From: Pseudomonas sp. | GTDB taxonomy: Bacteria; Pseudomonadota; Gammaproteobacteria; Pseudomonadales; Pseudomonadaceae | Direction: 5' to 3' | DNA length: 64,000 nucleotides | Assembly: GCA_035655415.1 (NCBI GenBank) | Contig: DASRUM010000251.1 | Coordinates: 49,342 to 113,341 of the forward strand | Translations under genes and position numbers: made by a program | Shown here: positions 10,159 to 19,209 of the stretch, piece by piece | Position numbering within the stretch: the stretch's first letter is position 1 | How the letters are laid out: the number at the start of each line of letters is the position of its first letter | Notes under the pieces: generated by a model | The model's input: the letters and a program-made list of their open reading frames with translations, nothing else | The model's database searches: none | Told to the model about the DNA's origin: nothing

Positions 10159-10521
10159 CTACCCTGCACACAGCGCCAACTGACCGGCCTCCAGCACCAG
10201 CCAGCCAGCGTCCAGATGCCAGCGCAGTGCGCTCAGGTGCTCGCCCAGGCAAGGCCCGTAAACGCACAGACCGCTTTCCGGCAAGAACTGCGCGCCATGG
10301 GCGTAGCAGACGATGCGACTGCCATCGGCCGAGAGAAAACGGTCCTTGCGGTACTCCAGACGCACATCCAGATGTGGGCAGCTATTGCGGTAAACCCGCA
10401 CTTCGCCGCCGTGGCGCAGGGCAAACAGGCTGTCTTTCCCCGCGTGTAATGGATCAAAGCCACGGGCCTGCCCCTCGACCAGTTCATCCAGCCGGCACAA
10501 CGCGATAGCGGCATGACTCAC
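10159..10521 (-). CDS. Rieske [2Fe-2S] ferredoxin (FdeD-like)
   Basis: CPH...CYAHG Rieske ligands; probable GTG start at 10521, just after the dioxygenase stop. Confidence 0.85.
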   Translation of the reverse strand: MSHAAIALCRLDELVEGQARGFDPLHAGKDSLFALRHGGEVRVYRNSCPHLDVRLEYRKDRFLSADGSRIVCYAHGAQFLPESGLCVYGPCLGEHLSALRWHLDAGWLVLEAGQLALCAG

Positions 10522-10535
10522 GAGGCACCCCGTGC

Positions 10536-11474
10536 TCAGGCCTGCTTCGGCGGCGGACCGCCCGGAGCCCACTTCGCCTTGGAGGTGAACAGGAACAGTT
10601 GCGAGTTATCCGCATTGAGCGGGGCGACACGCGCCTCCCACTCATCGTCATGCTTGTCCATGTCGGCGTCGTACTCGACGTGGCAACCCAGCGGGCTGTT
10701 GAAGTACCAGAACCAGTTGGAACCAAAGAGATGACGGCCCGGGCCCCAGAAGCTGGTCCAGCCCTTCTCCTCGAAGCGCCGCCCGGCCAGTAGCACTTCG
10801 GTGCCGCTACCCATATGGAAGGTGAAGTGCTCGCAGCCCTTCATATGCGGCGGGGTCTGGATCATAAACAGGCAGTGGTGGTCGTCGGACCCAGCCGGGC
10901 GCATAAACGGCCCGGCACCGATAAAGGTGTCGGTAGTGATGAAGCCCAGACGCTGGTAAAAGGCCTCGGCCTTGGCCGCATCCGGGACGAAATACACCAC
11001 ATGCGACAGGGTGCGCGGCAGCGCCGACATATCCGGGGTGATGCCCGGTTGATTGAGCGGGCGCTGCGGCGCGTGGCCCGGCGCGTTGGTCAGATCGGCC
11101 GGGGCGCTGAACGCACGTCGCACGCTGACCTGGAAGGCGATGGCAAAGCCCATGTCGTCGACGCTATGCAACACGCCATTGGCGTCACGGGTGACCGGGC
11201 GATCACGCCCCAGCTCGTCGGCAATGGCATCCAGGTCAGCGGCGCAGGCCACGCCATAGACGGTTTCGCGAATCGACGGTGCCGGGCCGATGGCGGCCGG
11301 CAGGCTGGCATCGTCGGCGCTGCGGATAATTACCGCAGTGCCGTCGAGGGCCTCGAAGCGCCCGCCCCGGCTGCCCACATCGACCGGCTGCAGGCCATAG
11401 TCACGGAGGAAATCGCTACAGGCTTGAATGTCATCGACGCCAAAGATCAGGGCGTCAAGGCCAATGATGTTCAT
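10536..11474 (-). CDS. VOC-family extradiol ring-cleavage dioxygenase (FdeC-like)
   Basis: LSHVV, HHCL, EHFTFH, GPGRH...WYFNSPLGCHVEY give His/His/Glu metal ligands. ATG 11474 with SD GGAG. Confidence 0.85.
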   Translation of the reverse strand: MNIIGLDALIFGVDDIQACSDFLRDYGLQPVDVGSRGGRFEALDGTAVIIRSADDASLPAAIGPAPSIRETVYGVACAADLDAIADELGRDRPVTRDANGVLHSVDDMGFAIAFQVSVRRAFSAPADLTNAPGHAPQRPLNQPGITPDMSALPRTLSHVVYFVPDAAKAEAFYQRLGFITTDTFIGAGPFMRPAGSDDHHCLFMIQTPPHMKGCEHFTFHMGSGTEVLLAGRRFEEKGWTSFWGPGRHLFGSNWFWYFNSPLGCHVEYDADMDKHDDEWEARVAPLNADNSQLFLFTSKAKWAPGGPPPKQA

Positions 11475-11628
11475 GCTTACCACTCCATTGAAATTATTCT
11501 GCGGACACCCTACTAGCGCGACGACAAGCGCCTGGCGGAGCAACACGGGTATCCGGTGGTGGAGTCGGTGCAAGCGTCACGGCTAACCGACTGGCGGCCA
11601 GATTGCCGCGTTGGTAAGTCGCTGACTA

Positions 11629-11665
11629 ATCGCTTGTTGGGATGCGACCTATCGGCAAACGCGAT
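11629..11665 (-). promoter_or_regulatory. nod-box-like LysR site upstream of the dioxygenase
   Basis: ATC-gcttgttgg-GAT-gcgacct-ATC-ggcaaacgc-GAT; closely similar to the 10115 site. Confidence 0.8.
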
Positions 11666-11783
11666 ACCTGAAGAGGACAAGCGCAAGGGCGAGAAGTGGG
11701 CGATTAATGCTCAGTCCGGGGTTGACGGCGTAATGGATCGGCAGGAAGGTATCTCGAAAATAAATACAAGATGCGAGACTGCC

Positions 11784-12698
11784 ATGCGCTTCAACCACCT
11801 GGATCTCAACCTCCTGGTGGCGCTCGATGTGCTGCTTGAAGAGCAGAACATCACCCGCGCCGCCGAACGCCTGCACATGACTCAATCCGCCACCAGTGGC
11901 GTACTCGGCCGCCTGCGTAGCTACTTCGAAGACGACCTGCTGGTTCAGGTCGGGCGCAAGATGCAGCCCACCCCTTATGCCCTGGAACTGGTCACCCCGG
12001 TACGCGAAGTGCTGCTGACCATCCAGTCGTCGATCACCGCCAAGCCGGTGTTCGACCCGACCAGCAGCAAGCGCCATTTCCGCATGGTGACCTCGGACTA
12101 TCTGATCACCGTGCTGCTGGCCCGAGTCATCCAGCGGATCCACCAGGAAGCCCCGCACATCACCTTCGAGATGCTCGCCCCCAGCGACAACTCCGGCGAG
12201 CTGCTGATACGCGGCGAGGTCGATCTGATGATCGTGCCCGAGCGCTACATCCTCGAAGGCCATCCTTCTCAGCTGCTGTTCGAGGAGGAACACGTCTGTG
12301 TGGTGTGGGATGCCAACCCGCTGGTCGGCGACCACCTGACCCTGGAGCAGTACATGGACATGGGCCATGTCTCGGTAGGTTTCGGCCGCACCCGGCATAT
12401 GAGCATCGAGGACTGGTTTATGAACCAGTACGGCTTCAACCGCCGCATTGAGGTGATCACCAACGACTTCAACACCCTGCCCCAGCTGGTCGTCGGCACC
12501 CAGCGCATCGCCACCATGCACCAGCGCCTGGCCCGTCTGTACGCTGCGCACCTGCCGCTGCGTATCCTCCAGCCGCCGGTGAAGATCCCGGTGATGCGCG
12601 AATTCATGCTCTGGCACCGCACCATGGATCGCGACCCGATGCACAGCTGGCTGCGCGAACGAATCAGTGAATTTATCAACGACCTGGAGCAGCACTGA
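11784..12698 (+). CDS. LysR regulator, NodD/FdeR subfamily
   Basis: N-terminus MRFNHLDLNLLVALDVLL...GRLRSYFEDDLL...PTP...FDP..SKRHF and LLIRGEVDL match the NodD/FdeR pattern. Confidence 0.9.
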   Translation: MRFNHLDLNLLVALDVLLEEQNITRAAERLHMTQSATSGVLGRLRSYFEDDLLVQVGRKMQPTPYALELVTPVREVLLTIQSSITAKPVFDPTSSKRHFRMVTSDYLITVLLARVIQRIHQEAPHITFEMLAPSDNSGELLIRGEVDLMIVPERYILEGHPSQLLFEEEHVCVVWDANPLVGDHLTLEQYMDMGHVSVGFGRTRHMSIEDWFMNQYGFNRRIEVITNDFNTLPQLVVGTQRIATMHQRLARLYAAHLPLRILQPPVKIPVMREFMLWHRTMDRDPMHSWLRERISEFINDLEQH

Positions 12699-12745
12699 AC
12701 AAACTGGCGCGGCACCTCCCGACAACAGCGCTGCGCCGGTTTACC

Positions 12746-12782
12746 ATCTCGTTTCGCGATACCTTGCATCCCGACTCACGAT
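12746..12782 (+). promoter_or_regulatory. nod-box-like LysR site upstream of the alpha/beta hydrolase
   Basis: ATC-tcgtttcgc-GAT-accttgc-ATC-ccgactcac-GAT; aligns with the reverse complement of the other two sites. Confidence 0.78.
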
Positions 12783-12888
12783 TGGCCAAATAGCTGGCCC
12801 CTCCTTAACGTGTCCGGCAAACGGCGCTCGTGGGCTTTGCCTGCCCGCATCACGACGCCTACCCGCCACCACGAAAAGGACAATAAGA

Positions 12889-14046
12889 ATGTTCCGTTAC
12901 TTTCCCACCAATTACGTCTGGGACCTTTCCGTCAATCTGGCCATCGAGATGGGTGCCCGCATCGGCGAAATCGAAGAGATGTGCAAGCCACTGGTCGAAG
13001 CCGCCAAGCAGCCCGATGCCGCCGGCACCGCCGCCTTCCGCGAAACCTGGGCGAAGATGGCCGACAAGCTGTGCGGCCTGGCCGAAGAAGACGAAGCCGC
13101 CGGACGCCTGTTTTCCGCTGGCGAGAAATACAGCCGCGCCTCCACCTATTACCTCACCTGCGAGCGCTTGCAGGCCCACGGCGCGCCAGGTCGCGAGGCC
13201 CTGTATCAGCGCGTACTGCAGACCTTCGCCCGCGGGATTGAGCTGTCCAAAGAAAACTGCGAACGCGTGGAAATCCCCTACGAGGGCGCGCATATTTCCG
13301 GTCTGCTGGTACGTGCCGAAGGCGTTACAGGTCCAGCGCCGATCCTGCTGCAGGTCAACGGCCTCGATTCGACTAAGGAAATGAAATACCGCGTCGGCCT
13401 ACCTGCCTGGCTGGCCAAGCGCGGTGTGTCCTCGCTAATCATCGATCAGCCTGGCACTGGCGAAGCCCTGCGTCTGCACAACCTGACTGCCCGCTACGAT
13501 AGCGAGCACTGGGCCAGCCGCGTAGTCGACTGGCTGGAAACCCGTAGCGATGTCGATGCCAAACGCATCGGCATGGAGGGCGTGTCCCTGGGCGGCTACT
13601 ACTGCCCGCGCGCCGTTGCCTTCGAGCCGCGTTTTGCCTGTGGTGTGGTTTGGGGTGCCAACCACGACTGGCGCGACGTGCAGAAGCGCCGCCTGGAAAA
13701 AGAAGGTGAGCTGCCAGTACCGCATTACTGGACTCATGTGCGCTGGGTCTGGGGTGCCAAGGATATGGATGAGTTCATGACCATCGCCGAAAACGTGCAC
13801 CTGGACGGCGTGCTGGACCGCATCAAGGTGCCATTCCTAGTCACCCACGGCTCGAAGGACTCGCAGATCCCGTTAAAGTGGGCCGAACGCACCTACGAAC
13901 AACTGGTCAACAGCCCCAAGCGCGAACTGAAGATATTCACCGAGCGTGAAGGCGGCGTGCAGCACTCCAGCTTCGACAACAGCATCAACGCCGGCCAGTA
14001 CATTGCCGACTGGGTAGCCGAAAATCTGGGTGGCCGTACTGCCTGA
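12889..14046 (+). CDS. Alpha/beta hydrolase, 2,6-dihydropseudooxynicotine hydrolase/FrsA-like
   Basis: GVSLGG nucleophile elbow, NGLDSTKE, DQPGTGE, ERVEIPYEG and a C-terminal His. Confidence 0.8.
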   Translation: MFRYFPTNYVWDLSVNLAIEMGARIGEIEEMCKPLVEAAKQPDAAGTAAFRETWAKMADKLCGLAEEDEAAGRLFSAGEKYSRASTYYLTCERLQAHGAPGREALYQRVLQTFARGIELSKENCERVEIPYEGAHISGLLVRAEGVTGPAPILLQVNGLDSTKEMKYRVGLPAWLAKRGVSSLIIDQPGTGEALRLHNLTARYDSEHWASRVVDWLETRSDVDAKRIGMEGVSLGGYYCPRAVAFEPRFACGVVWGANHDWRDVQKRRLEKEGELPVPHYWTHVRWVWGAKDMDEFMTIAENVHLDGVLDRIKVPFLVTHGSKDSQIPLKWAERTYEQLVNSPKRELKIFTEREGGVQHSSFDNSINAGQYIADWVAENLGGRTA

Positions 14047-14064
14047 TTAACCGCTGGGTCAAAG

Positions 14065-14094
14065 AAAAAACGCCGAACCTGTTCGGCGTTTTTT
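14065..14094. terminator. Bidirectional intrinsic terminator
   Basis: AAAAAA-CGCCGAAC-ct-GTTCGGCG-TTTTTT between convergent genes. Confidence 0.85.
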
Positions 14095-14174
14095 GCATTC
14101 AGGAGCATGGTTTTCATGCCTGGCGATGTACCAGCACTGTGTTGCATCAATTTTCGGCAGTTAAGTGAGACCTT

Positions 14175-14350
14175 GTAGGGTGGATAACGCTTTGCTTATC
14201 CACCATTAGCCCTCTCGAGCCTACACCAGAGCAGAGGTACGCCGTGGGCAACAAGAGTCTGCAGCCGCCGCGGTGCGCACGGCGCACCCTACGAAGTCTG
14301 CGCGGCCTCCGCTCTGGTGTAGGGTGGAAAACTGCGCAGCATTTCCCACC
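14175..14350. repeat. Cluster of GTAG-family REP elements
   Basis: GTAGGGTGGATAA..TTATCCACC (14175), inverted GGTGCGCACGGCGCACCCTAC (about 14272-14292), GTAGGGTGGAAA..TTTCCCACC (14319). Confidence 0.8.
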
Positions 14351-14467
14351 GCTGGGCTGGAGGTGAGATCTCCAGCCACCCAGGTCTGGCCGATCAGCTC
14401 GTAATGCATTCCCCACCAACAGGCCGCTGAAAGACTACCTATGTTTCTCAACAGTCGGCTAACCACT

Positions 14468-16396
14468 TCAGGTGCGAAAATGCCCAACTGCATCATTCAA
14501 CTCACCGCCAACCCGTTGCAACTCGGCCGTCGAGCTTTGCAATTGCTGGCTTTCCCGCGCGCTGTCCTCAGCCACTTCGCGCACCCGCGTCATGCTCTGA
14601 CTGACCTGCTCAGCTACCACGCTCTGTTGCTCGGCGGCCGCAGCAATCTGTTGGTTCATCTGTTCGATGCTGGATACCGCGTGGGTGATCCGCGCCAGCG
14701 CCTGGGATGCCTGAGCGGCCAGGATAACGGTTTCATCGGTCAGCGCATGGCTGCCCTGCAGACGTTCGGCGGCTTGCTGGGCGACGCCGCGCAGACGGCC
14801 AATCAACCCCTCGATTTCTTTGGTGGAACTCTGCGTGCGCCGCGCCAAGCCGCGCACTTCATCGGCGACCACGGCAAAACCACGGCCATGCTCGCCAGCG
14901 CGCGCAGCCTCAATAGCGGCATTCAGTGCCAGCAGGTTGGTCTGTTCGGCCACCGCCTTGATCACATCAAGCACGCCACCAATCGCGGCGCTTTCGCTCA
15001 GCAGCGATTGCATAGCTTCGGCGCAACCGGTCATTTCCACGGCCAAGCGGTCGATCTTGCCGCCGGCCTGACGCACCAGCTCATCGCCCTCGCGCGCCTG
15101 GTCATCGGCCTGAGCCACTGCGGCACTGGCCTCGCCGGCGTTGCGCGCGACGTCCTGAGCAGTGGCGCTCATCTGCTGCATGGCAGTGGCGGCCATGTCG
15201 GTCTCCTGACGCTGCTGCTCGACACCACGGCTGTTGCGCTCAATCATTTCAACCAGGCTGGCGGCCGTGCCATTGAGCTGGCCGACGCCACCGCCAATGC
15301 GCCCAACCAGCCCGCGCAAACTGCCGAGCATGCGGGCCACGGTGTCGAGCAACTGGCCGAGCTCATCACGTCGCGTATCCCCTTCCTGCGCCTGGCTCAG
15401 ATCCCCCGCCGCCACCCGCTGGGCCAATTGCACGGCCTGGCGCAGCGGCTGCAGGATCAGTTGACGGATCAGCAGGCTGGCACCGATGCCCAGGGCCAGC
15501 GCCGACAATGTGATCAACCCGAGCTGACGCTGGGCATCCTGATTGTCTTGGGCAATCGCCTGTGTTTGCTGCTGGTCGGCCTCGGCCAACAGTTCGCTGA
15601 CCCGCTCGGTTTGCATGTTCATCGCCGCGTTGCTGCGGGCGCTCTGCCCACGGCTGGCGACAAATTGTTCGAAAGCCTTACGGTAATTGCCCAAAGCATC
15701 GCGCGCGCCCTGCAGAGACGTCTGATCCTGATCGCCGAGATCCAGCGCCTGCATGGCCGACAGCAGGTCGCTCATGCTCATTTCCCAGTCGCTGCGGTAG
15801 CGCTCCTCGCCGTCCAGTGAGTAGTACAACTCGCTGTCGCGCAGCTTGGCCAGCTTGTCGCGCAGAGCAGCGGTCTGCTCCAGCAGCACCATCTGCTCGC
15901 TGCTCGGTGATATGTCCTGCTCCAGTTGCGCATTGAGCGCATCCAGCTGATCGAGAAACAGCACGGTAAAACTGTCGCCCGCCGTCTGCGCCAATGTCTG
16001 CATGCGCAGGCGCGCCTCACGAGCCTGGCGTAGCGAGTCGGCATAACCGAGAAACTGCTGCAGGTAGGCGCTGGCGGCATCGCCCATGGCCACGTGGGGA
16101 GCGCTGCTTGAAGAAGCGTCGAGTAGCCGGATCAGTTGTTCGACCACCTCGCGCACCTGGATCAATGCGCTCGGTGCCAGGTTCAGGGCGAACTCCTTCT
16201 CGGCGATCCTTGCCTGCAGAATCAACACCTGGGTCGCTGCCTCGTCCCTTGACTGCTCGCCCCGCGCCTGCAGCACCCCGAGAGAATGAAATGCGGTAAG
16301 CGCCACACCCAGGGTGAACAGCAACACCAGGCCAAAGCCCAGCGACAACTTGGCACCCACGGACAGATTACCGAGCACGCGACTCAGTGCAGACAT
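14468..16396 (-). CDS. Methyl-accepting chemotaxis protein (helical periplasmic sensor)
   Basis: Two TMs, HAMP (RRDELGQL), [33 protein letters not shown]; SD AGGAGG. Confidence 0.93.
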   Translation of the reverse strand: MSALSRVLGNLSVGAKLSLGFGLVLLFTLGVALTAFHSLGVLQARGEQSRDEAATQVLILQARIAEKEFALNLAPSALIQVREVVEQLIRLLDASSSSAPHVAMGDAASAYLQQFLGYADSLRQAREARLRMQTLAQTAGDSFTVLFLDQLDALNAQLEQDISPSSEQMVLLEQTAALRDKLAKLRDSELYYSLDGEERYRSDWEMSMSDLLSAMQALDLGDQDQTSLQGARDALGNYRKAFEQFVASRGQSARSNAAMNMQTERVSELLAEADQQQTQAIAQDNQDAQRQLGLITLSALALGIGASLLIRQLILQPLRQAVQLAQRVAAGDLSQAQEGDTRRDELGQLLDTVARMLGSLRGLVGRIGGGVGQLNGTAASLVEMIERNSRGVEQQRQETDMAATAMQQMSATAQDVARNAGEASAAVAQADDQAREGDELVRQAGGKIDRLAVEMTGCAEAMQSLLSESAAIGGVLDVIKAVAEQTNLLALNAAIEAARAGEHGRGFAVVADEVRGLARRTQSSTKEIEGLIGRLRGVAQQAAERLQGSHALTDETVILAAQASQALARITHAVSSIEQMNQQIAAAAEQQSVVAEQVSQSMTRVREVAEDSARESQQLQSSTAELQRVGGELNDAVGHFRT

Positions 16397-16907
16397 TCCA
16401 ACCTCCTGGCTCGATACATAGCGAACACCGCCTCTCGACAGTGACAACATCGTTCAATCTCAGCCCGGTTCAGTTGCCGTGGGCAGGGGCTGCCTGGGAA
16501 AACCCCGTTATCGGGCCGCCAACCCTAGCGGCCCCTGTGCCGCCCGTACCAATCGCATTGCTCATTACGAGGTATCGCCCGGCGCGATGCCAACCAGCGA
16601 CCACGTTCCTGACATTCGAAGCGAAGCCGGTACTGGCTATACCTGTCATATAACGTGCAGAACTTGAGGGTTGTGAAGTGAGCTGGCAAATGGCACCACG
16701 GCGTACGCTGCGCAGCGGAACAAAGCCTCAGCGCAAGATAGAGTCGATACCAATGAGCGCGGAAGATGACGCCGTGGGTAAACAACAAACCAATGCCGCA
16801 TAGCTGAACCGTGCCTAGACTAAATAACGGAACCCAAGGTGATGCCGTCTCTAGCGACAAGCCGGTAACTCAACTTGAGCAAGCCATCACCACAGGGAGT
16901 GCCTTTC

Positions 16908-17864
16908 ATGCTGCAGCTATTCACTGACCTCAAGTTACGCTGGAGAGTCGCCACAACCAGTGAAGAGCGCAGCCCTTGGGCCGCTGCGAGGCCAACACCA
17001 AGTGATAAACCAGCCATATCGCGCATCGCGCTCTCATTCATAGACAAGGCCTTGCGCGCGAAAACACGCGCCTTCGCGGGGTTCTTCAAGCGGTTAGCCG
17101 CCCTATTGATGGTCATCGCCTCTTGCACTCATGCGGCCGAATCGCCGACAGCCCTGAGGTTTGCGACCGTCGATAACTTCCCACCCTTTTCCTACATGGA
17201 GAACGGCAACCTGACCGGTATCGATATCGATCTGGTGTATGAGATGGCCAGACGCATCAACATCTCAGTGCAGATACAGACGTACCCCTGGGCGAGAGTC
17301 ATGGGCTCCGTCAAAAGCGGAGAGTTCGACGGGGCCTTCGCTGCCTTCGAGACGGCAGAGCGACAAGCGTTCTGCCTGTATGTGGGGGTACTGCATGTCG
17401 AGGAGTTCTACCTCTTCGTCCGTAAAGACAATGCATTTCCCTATACGCAGATTCCCGACCTGTATGGCAAGCGGGTTGGGATAGACCGCGGGGTCTATGT
17501 CGGTGAGGCCTTCGAACGGGCGGTTAACGACGGGAGGATCGCACTGGAGGAAGTCAATGACATGGGCATGATCAATATCCGCAAGCTCAACGCCGGGCGT
17601 ATAGATGCGGTTATCGGCGACCTTGGGGTGATGAACTACCATCTGAAGCTGTTGGGCCTGGAGCAACGTATCGTTGCGCTCCAGCCGATACGGGAACCCA
17701 CTCCAGCTTATCTGGTACTGTCCAAGGCTTCGCAGCTGAAAAACAAGGTCGAGTTGCAAGACCGCATGCGCAGAGCTCTACATGACATGTGGAACGACGG
17801 CACCTACCACCTCATCTATAACCGGTATGTCTACAAAGTCGGTGGCGACCCGCTTGCCCGATAA
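16908..17864 (+). CDS. Orphan family-3 (polar amino acid type) solute-binding protein; start uncertain
   Basis: NFPPFSY, GIDIDL, YPWARV, GRIDAVIGD motifs; no permease or ATPase nearby. Confidence 0.75.
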   Translation: MLQLFTDLKLRWRVATTSEERSPWAAARPTPSDKPAISRIALSFIDKALRAKTRAFAGFFKRLAALLMVIASCTHAAESPTALRFATVDNFPPFSYMENGNLTGIDIDLVYEMARRINISVQIQTYPWARVMGSVKSGEFDGAFAAFETAERQAFCLYVGVLHVEEFYLFVRKDNAFPYTQIPDLYGKRVGIDRGVYVGEAFERAVNDGRIALEEVNDMGMINIRKLNAGRIDAVIGDLGVMNYHLKLLGLEQRIVALQPIREPTPAYLVLSKASQLKNKVELQDRMRRALHDMWNDGTYHLIYNRYVYKVGGDPLAR

Positions 17865-18036
17865 TTCCCTACGAAGTGGCGCGGGTGAAAGAACCCCATT
17901 GCATGCCCGCTCGATCCACGTTGGATATTGAGAAGGCTGATATTTAGCAACTCGCATCACAAGCACCTCCTGCCGCCCCGCTACATATGACCTGCCAGGT
18001 TATCCAACGACATCCATTGCCAGGCCGTAGTGAAAC

Positions 18037-18058
18037 GGCCCGGCATAAAAGCCGGGCC
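18037..18058 (-). terminator. Hairpin/terminator downstream of the PotF-like gene
   Basis: GGCCCGGC-ataaaa-GCCGGGCC, followed by GTTT on the minus strand (weak U-tract). Confidence 0.6.
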
Positions 18059-18067
18059 TGAGATCAA

Positions 18068-19168
18068 TCACATACCGGTGCGGATGGCATTCCAGGTGCG
18101 CATGCGCATGCGTTCGACATTTTGCGGCAGCGCCTTGAGCACAAACAGCGAAGGCATGACGTCTGCCGGCACATACATATTCGGATTGTCGCGAATGTGG
18201 GCATCGACCAGTTCTGTAGCGTCCTTATTGGCATTGGGATAACCAATGGCGTTACTGGCCTTGGCGATCACATCCGGCCGCATCATGTAGTTCAGAAACT
18301 CATGGGCCTCGTCACGATTGACCGCGCCCTTGGCAATCGCCATCACGTCCGACCAAACAGGTGCGCCTTCCTTCGGCAGAATCATGTCAACCTTGACGCC
18401 TTTACCCGCCGCATCCGCCAAGCGTGTTGCCAGGGCAACACCGCCTGACCAGCCAATACCTACGCAGATATCACCATTGGCCAGGTCCATGCCATAGCGC
18501 GATGAGTTGAAGTAATTGATGTGCGGACGAATCGAGGCCATCAATTCCTGAGCCTGGCGATAATCGCTTGCCTCAGTGGAGTGCGACGGTAAGCCCAGAT
18601 AATGCAGGGCTATTGGCAGTACCTCGTTGGCCGCATCGATAAAGCCAACACCGCACTTGGACAGCTTGGCGATATTATCTTCCTTGAAGATCAGATCCCA
18701 ACTATCCAGCTTGGCATCCGGGCCAAGCGCCTTACGCACCATATCGACGTTATAGCCAATCAGCGTGGTCCCCCACATATACGGAATGGCGTACTGATTA
18801 CCCGGGTCGCCACTGCTGGCCAAGTCAGCCATAAACGGCTCATCCAGGTGAGACCAGTTTTTCAACTTGCTGCGGTCGAGCGGCTCGAATGTGCCGGCCT
18901 GGATAAATTTGCCCAGGTTGGCGGTACTGGGAAACACCACGTCATAGCCCGAATTACCTGTCAGTAACTTGGACTCAAGCATTTCGATACTGTCAAACAC
19001 ATCATAAATGGGGCGAATGCCGGTCTCCGCTTCGAAGTCCTTGAGGATCTCTCCGGGTAGGTACTCCAACCAGTTGTAGATTCGAACGGTTCGTTGCTCG
19101 GCAAACACCGAGCCACTCATCAGGGTGACGGCAATCGCGGCCGCCATGCTGCGCATTACAGAATTCAT
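18068..19168 (-). CDS. PotF/SpuD-like polyamine-family solute-binding protein (1)
   Basis: IYNWLEY, KLLTGNSGYDVVFP, PYMWGTT, LANGDICVGIGWSG, PKEGA, GYPNAN; signal peptide. Confidence 0.88.
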   Translation of the reverse strand: MNSVMRSMAAAIAVTLMSGSVFAEQRTVRIYNWLEYLPGEILKDFEAETGIRPIYDVFDSIEMLESKLLTGNSGYDVVFPSTANLGKFIQAGTFEPLDRSKLKNWSHLDEPFMADLASSGDPGNQYAIPYMWGTTLIGYNVDMVRKALGPDAKLDSWDLIFKEDNIAKLSKCGVGFIDAANEVLPIALHYLGLPSHSTEASDYRQAQELMASIRPHINYFNSSRYGMDLANGDICVGIGWSGGVALATRLADAAGKGVKVDMILPKEGAPVWSDVMAIAKGAVNRDEAHEFLNYMMRPDVIAKASNAIGYPNANKDATELVDAHIRDNPNMYVPADVMPSLFVLKALPQNVERMRMRTWNAIRTGM

Positions 19169-19209
19169 ATCAGACTCCCGGGGCACCCACCACAGCGGGT
19201 ACGCACTTA

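Noticed and set aside
11784-12698. True nodD / symbiosis locus
   Set aside because: No nodABC or other nodulation genes; neighbours are catabolic, so it is called NodD/FdeR-like only.
14175-14350. Palindromic repeats as a possible CRISPR array
   Set aside because: Mixed orientation, non-identical units, GTAG heads and no cas genes indicate REP elements.
16505-16540. Possible FliA (sigma28) promoter for the MCP (CCCGATAA on the minus strand; similar at 53869)
   Set aside because: No TAAA/TCAAG -35 element at the correct spacing.
16525-16860. 111-aa minus-strand ORF in the MCP/SBP spacer
   Set aside because: No clear SD or motif, atypical composition; likely non-coding.
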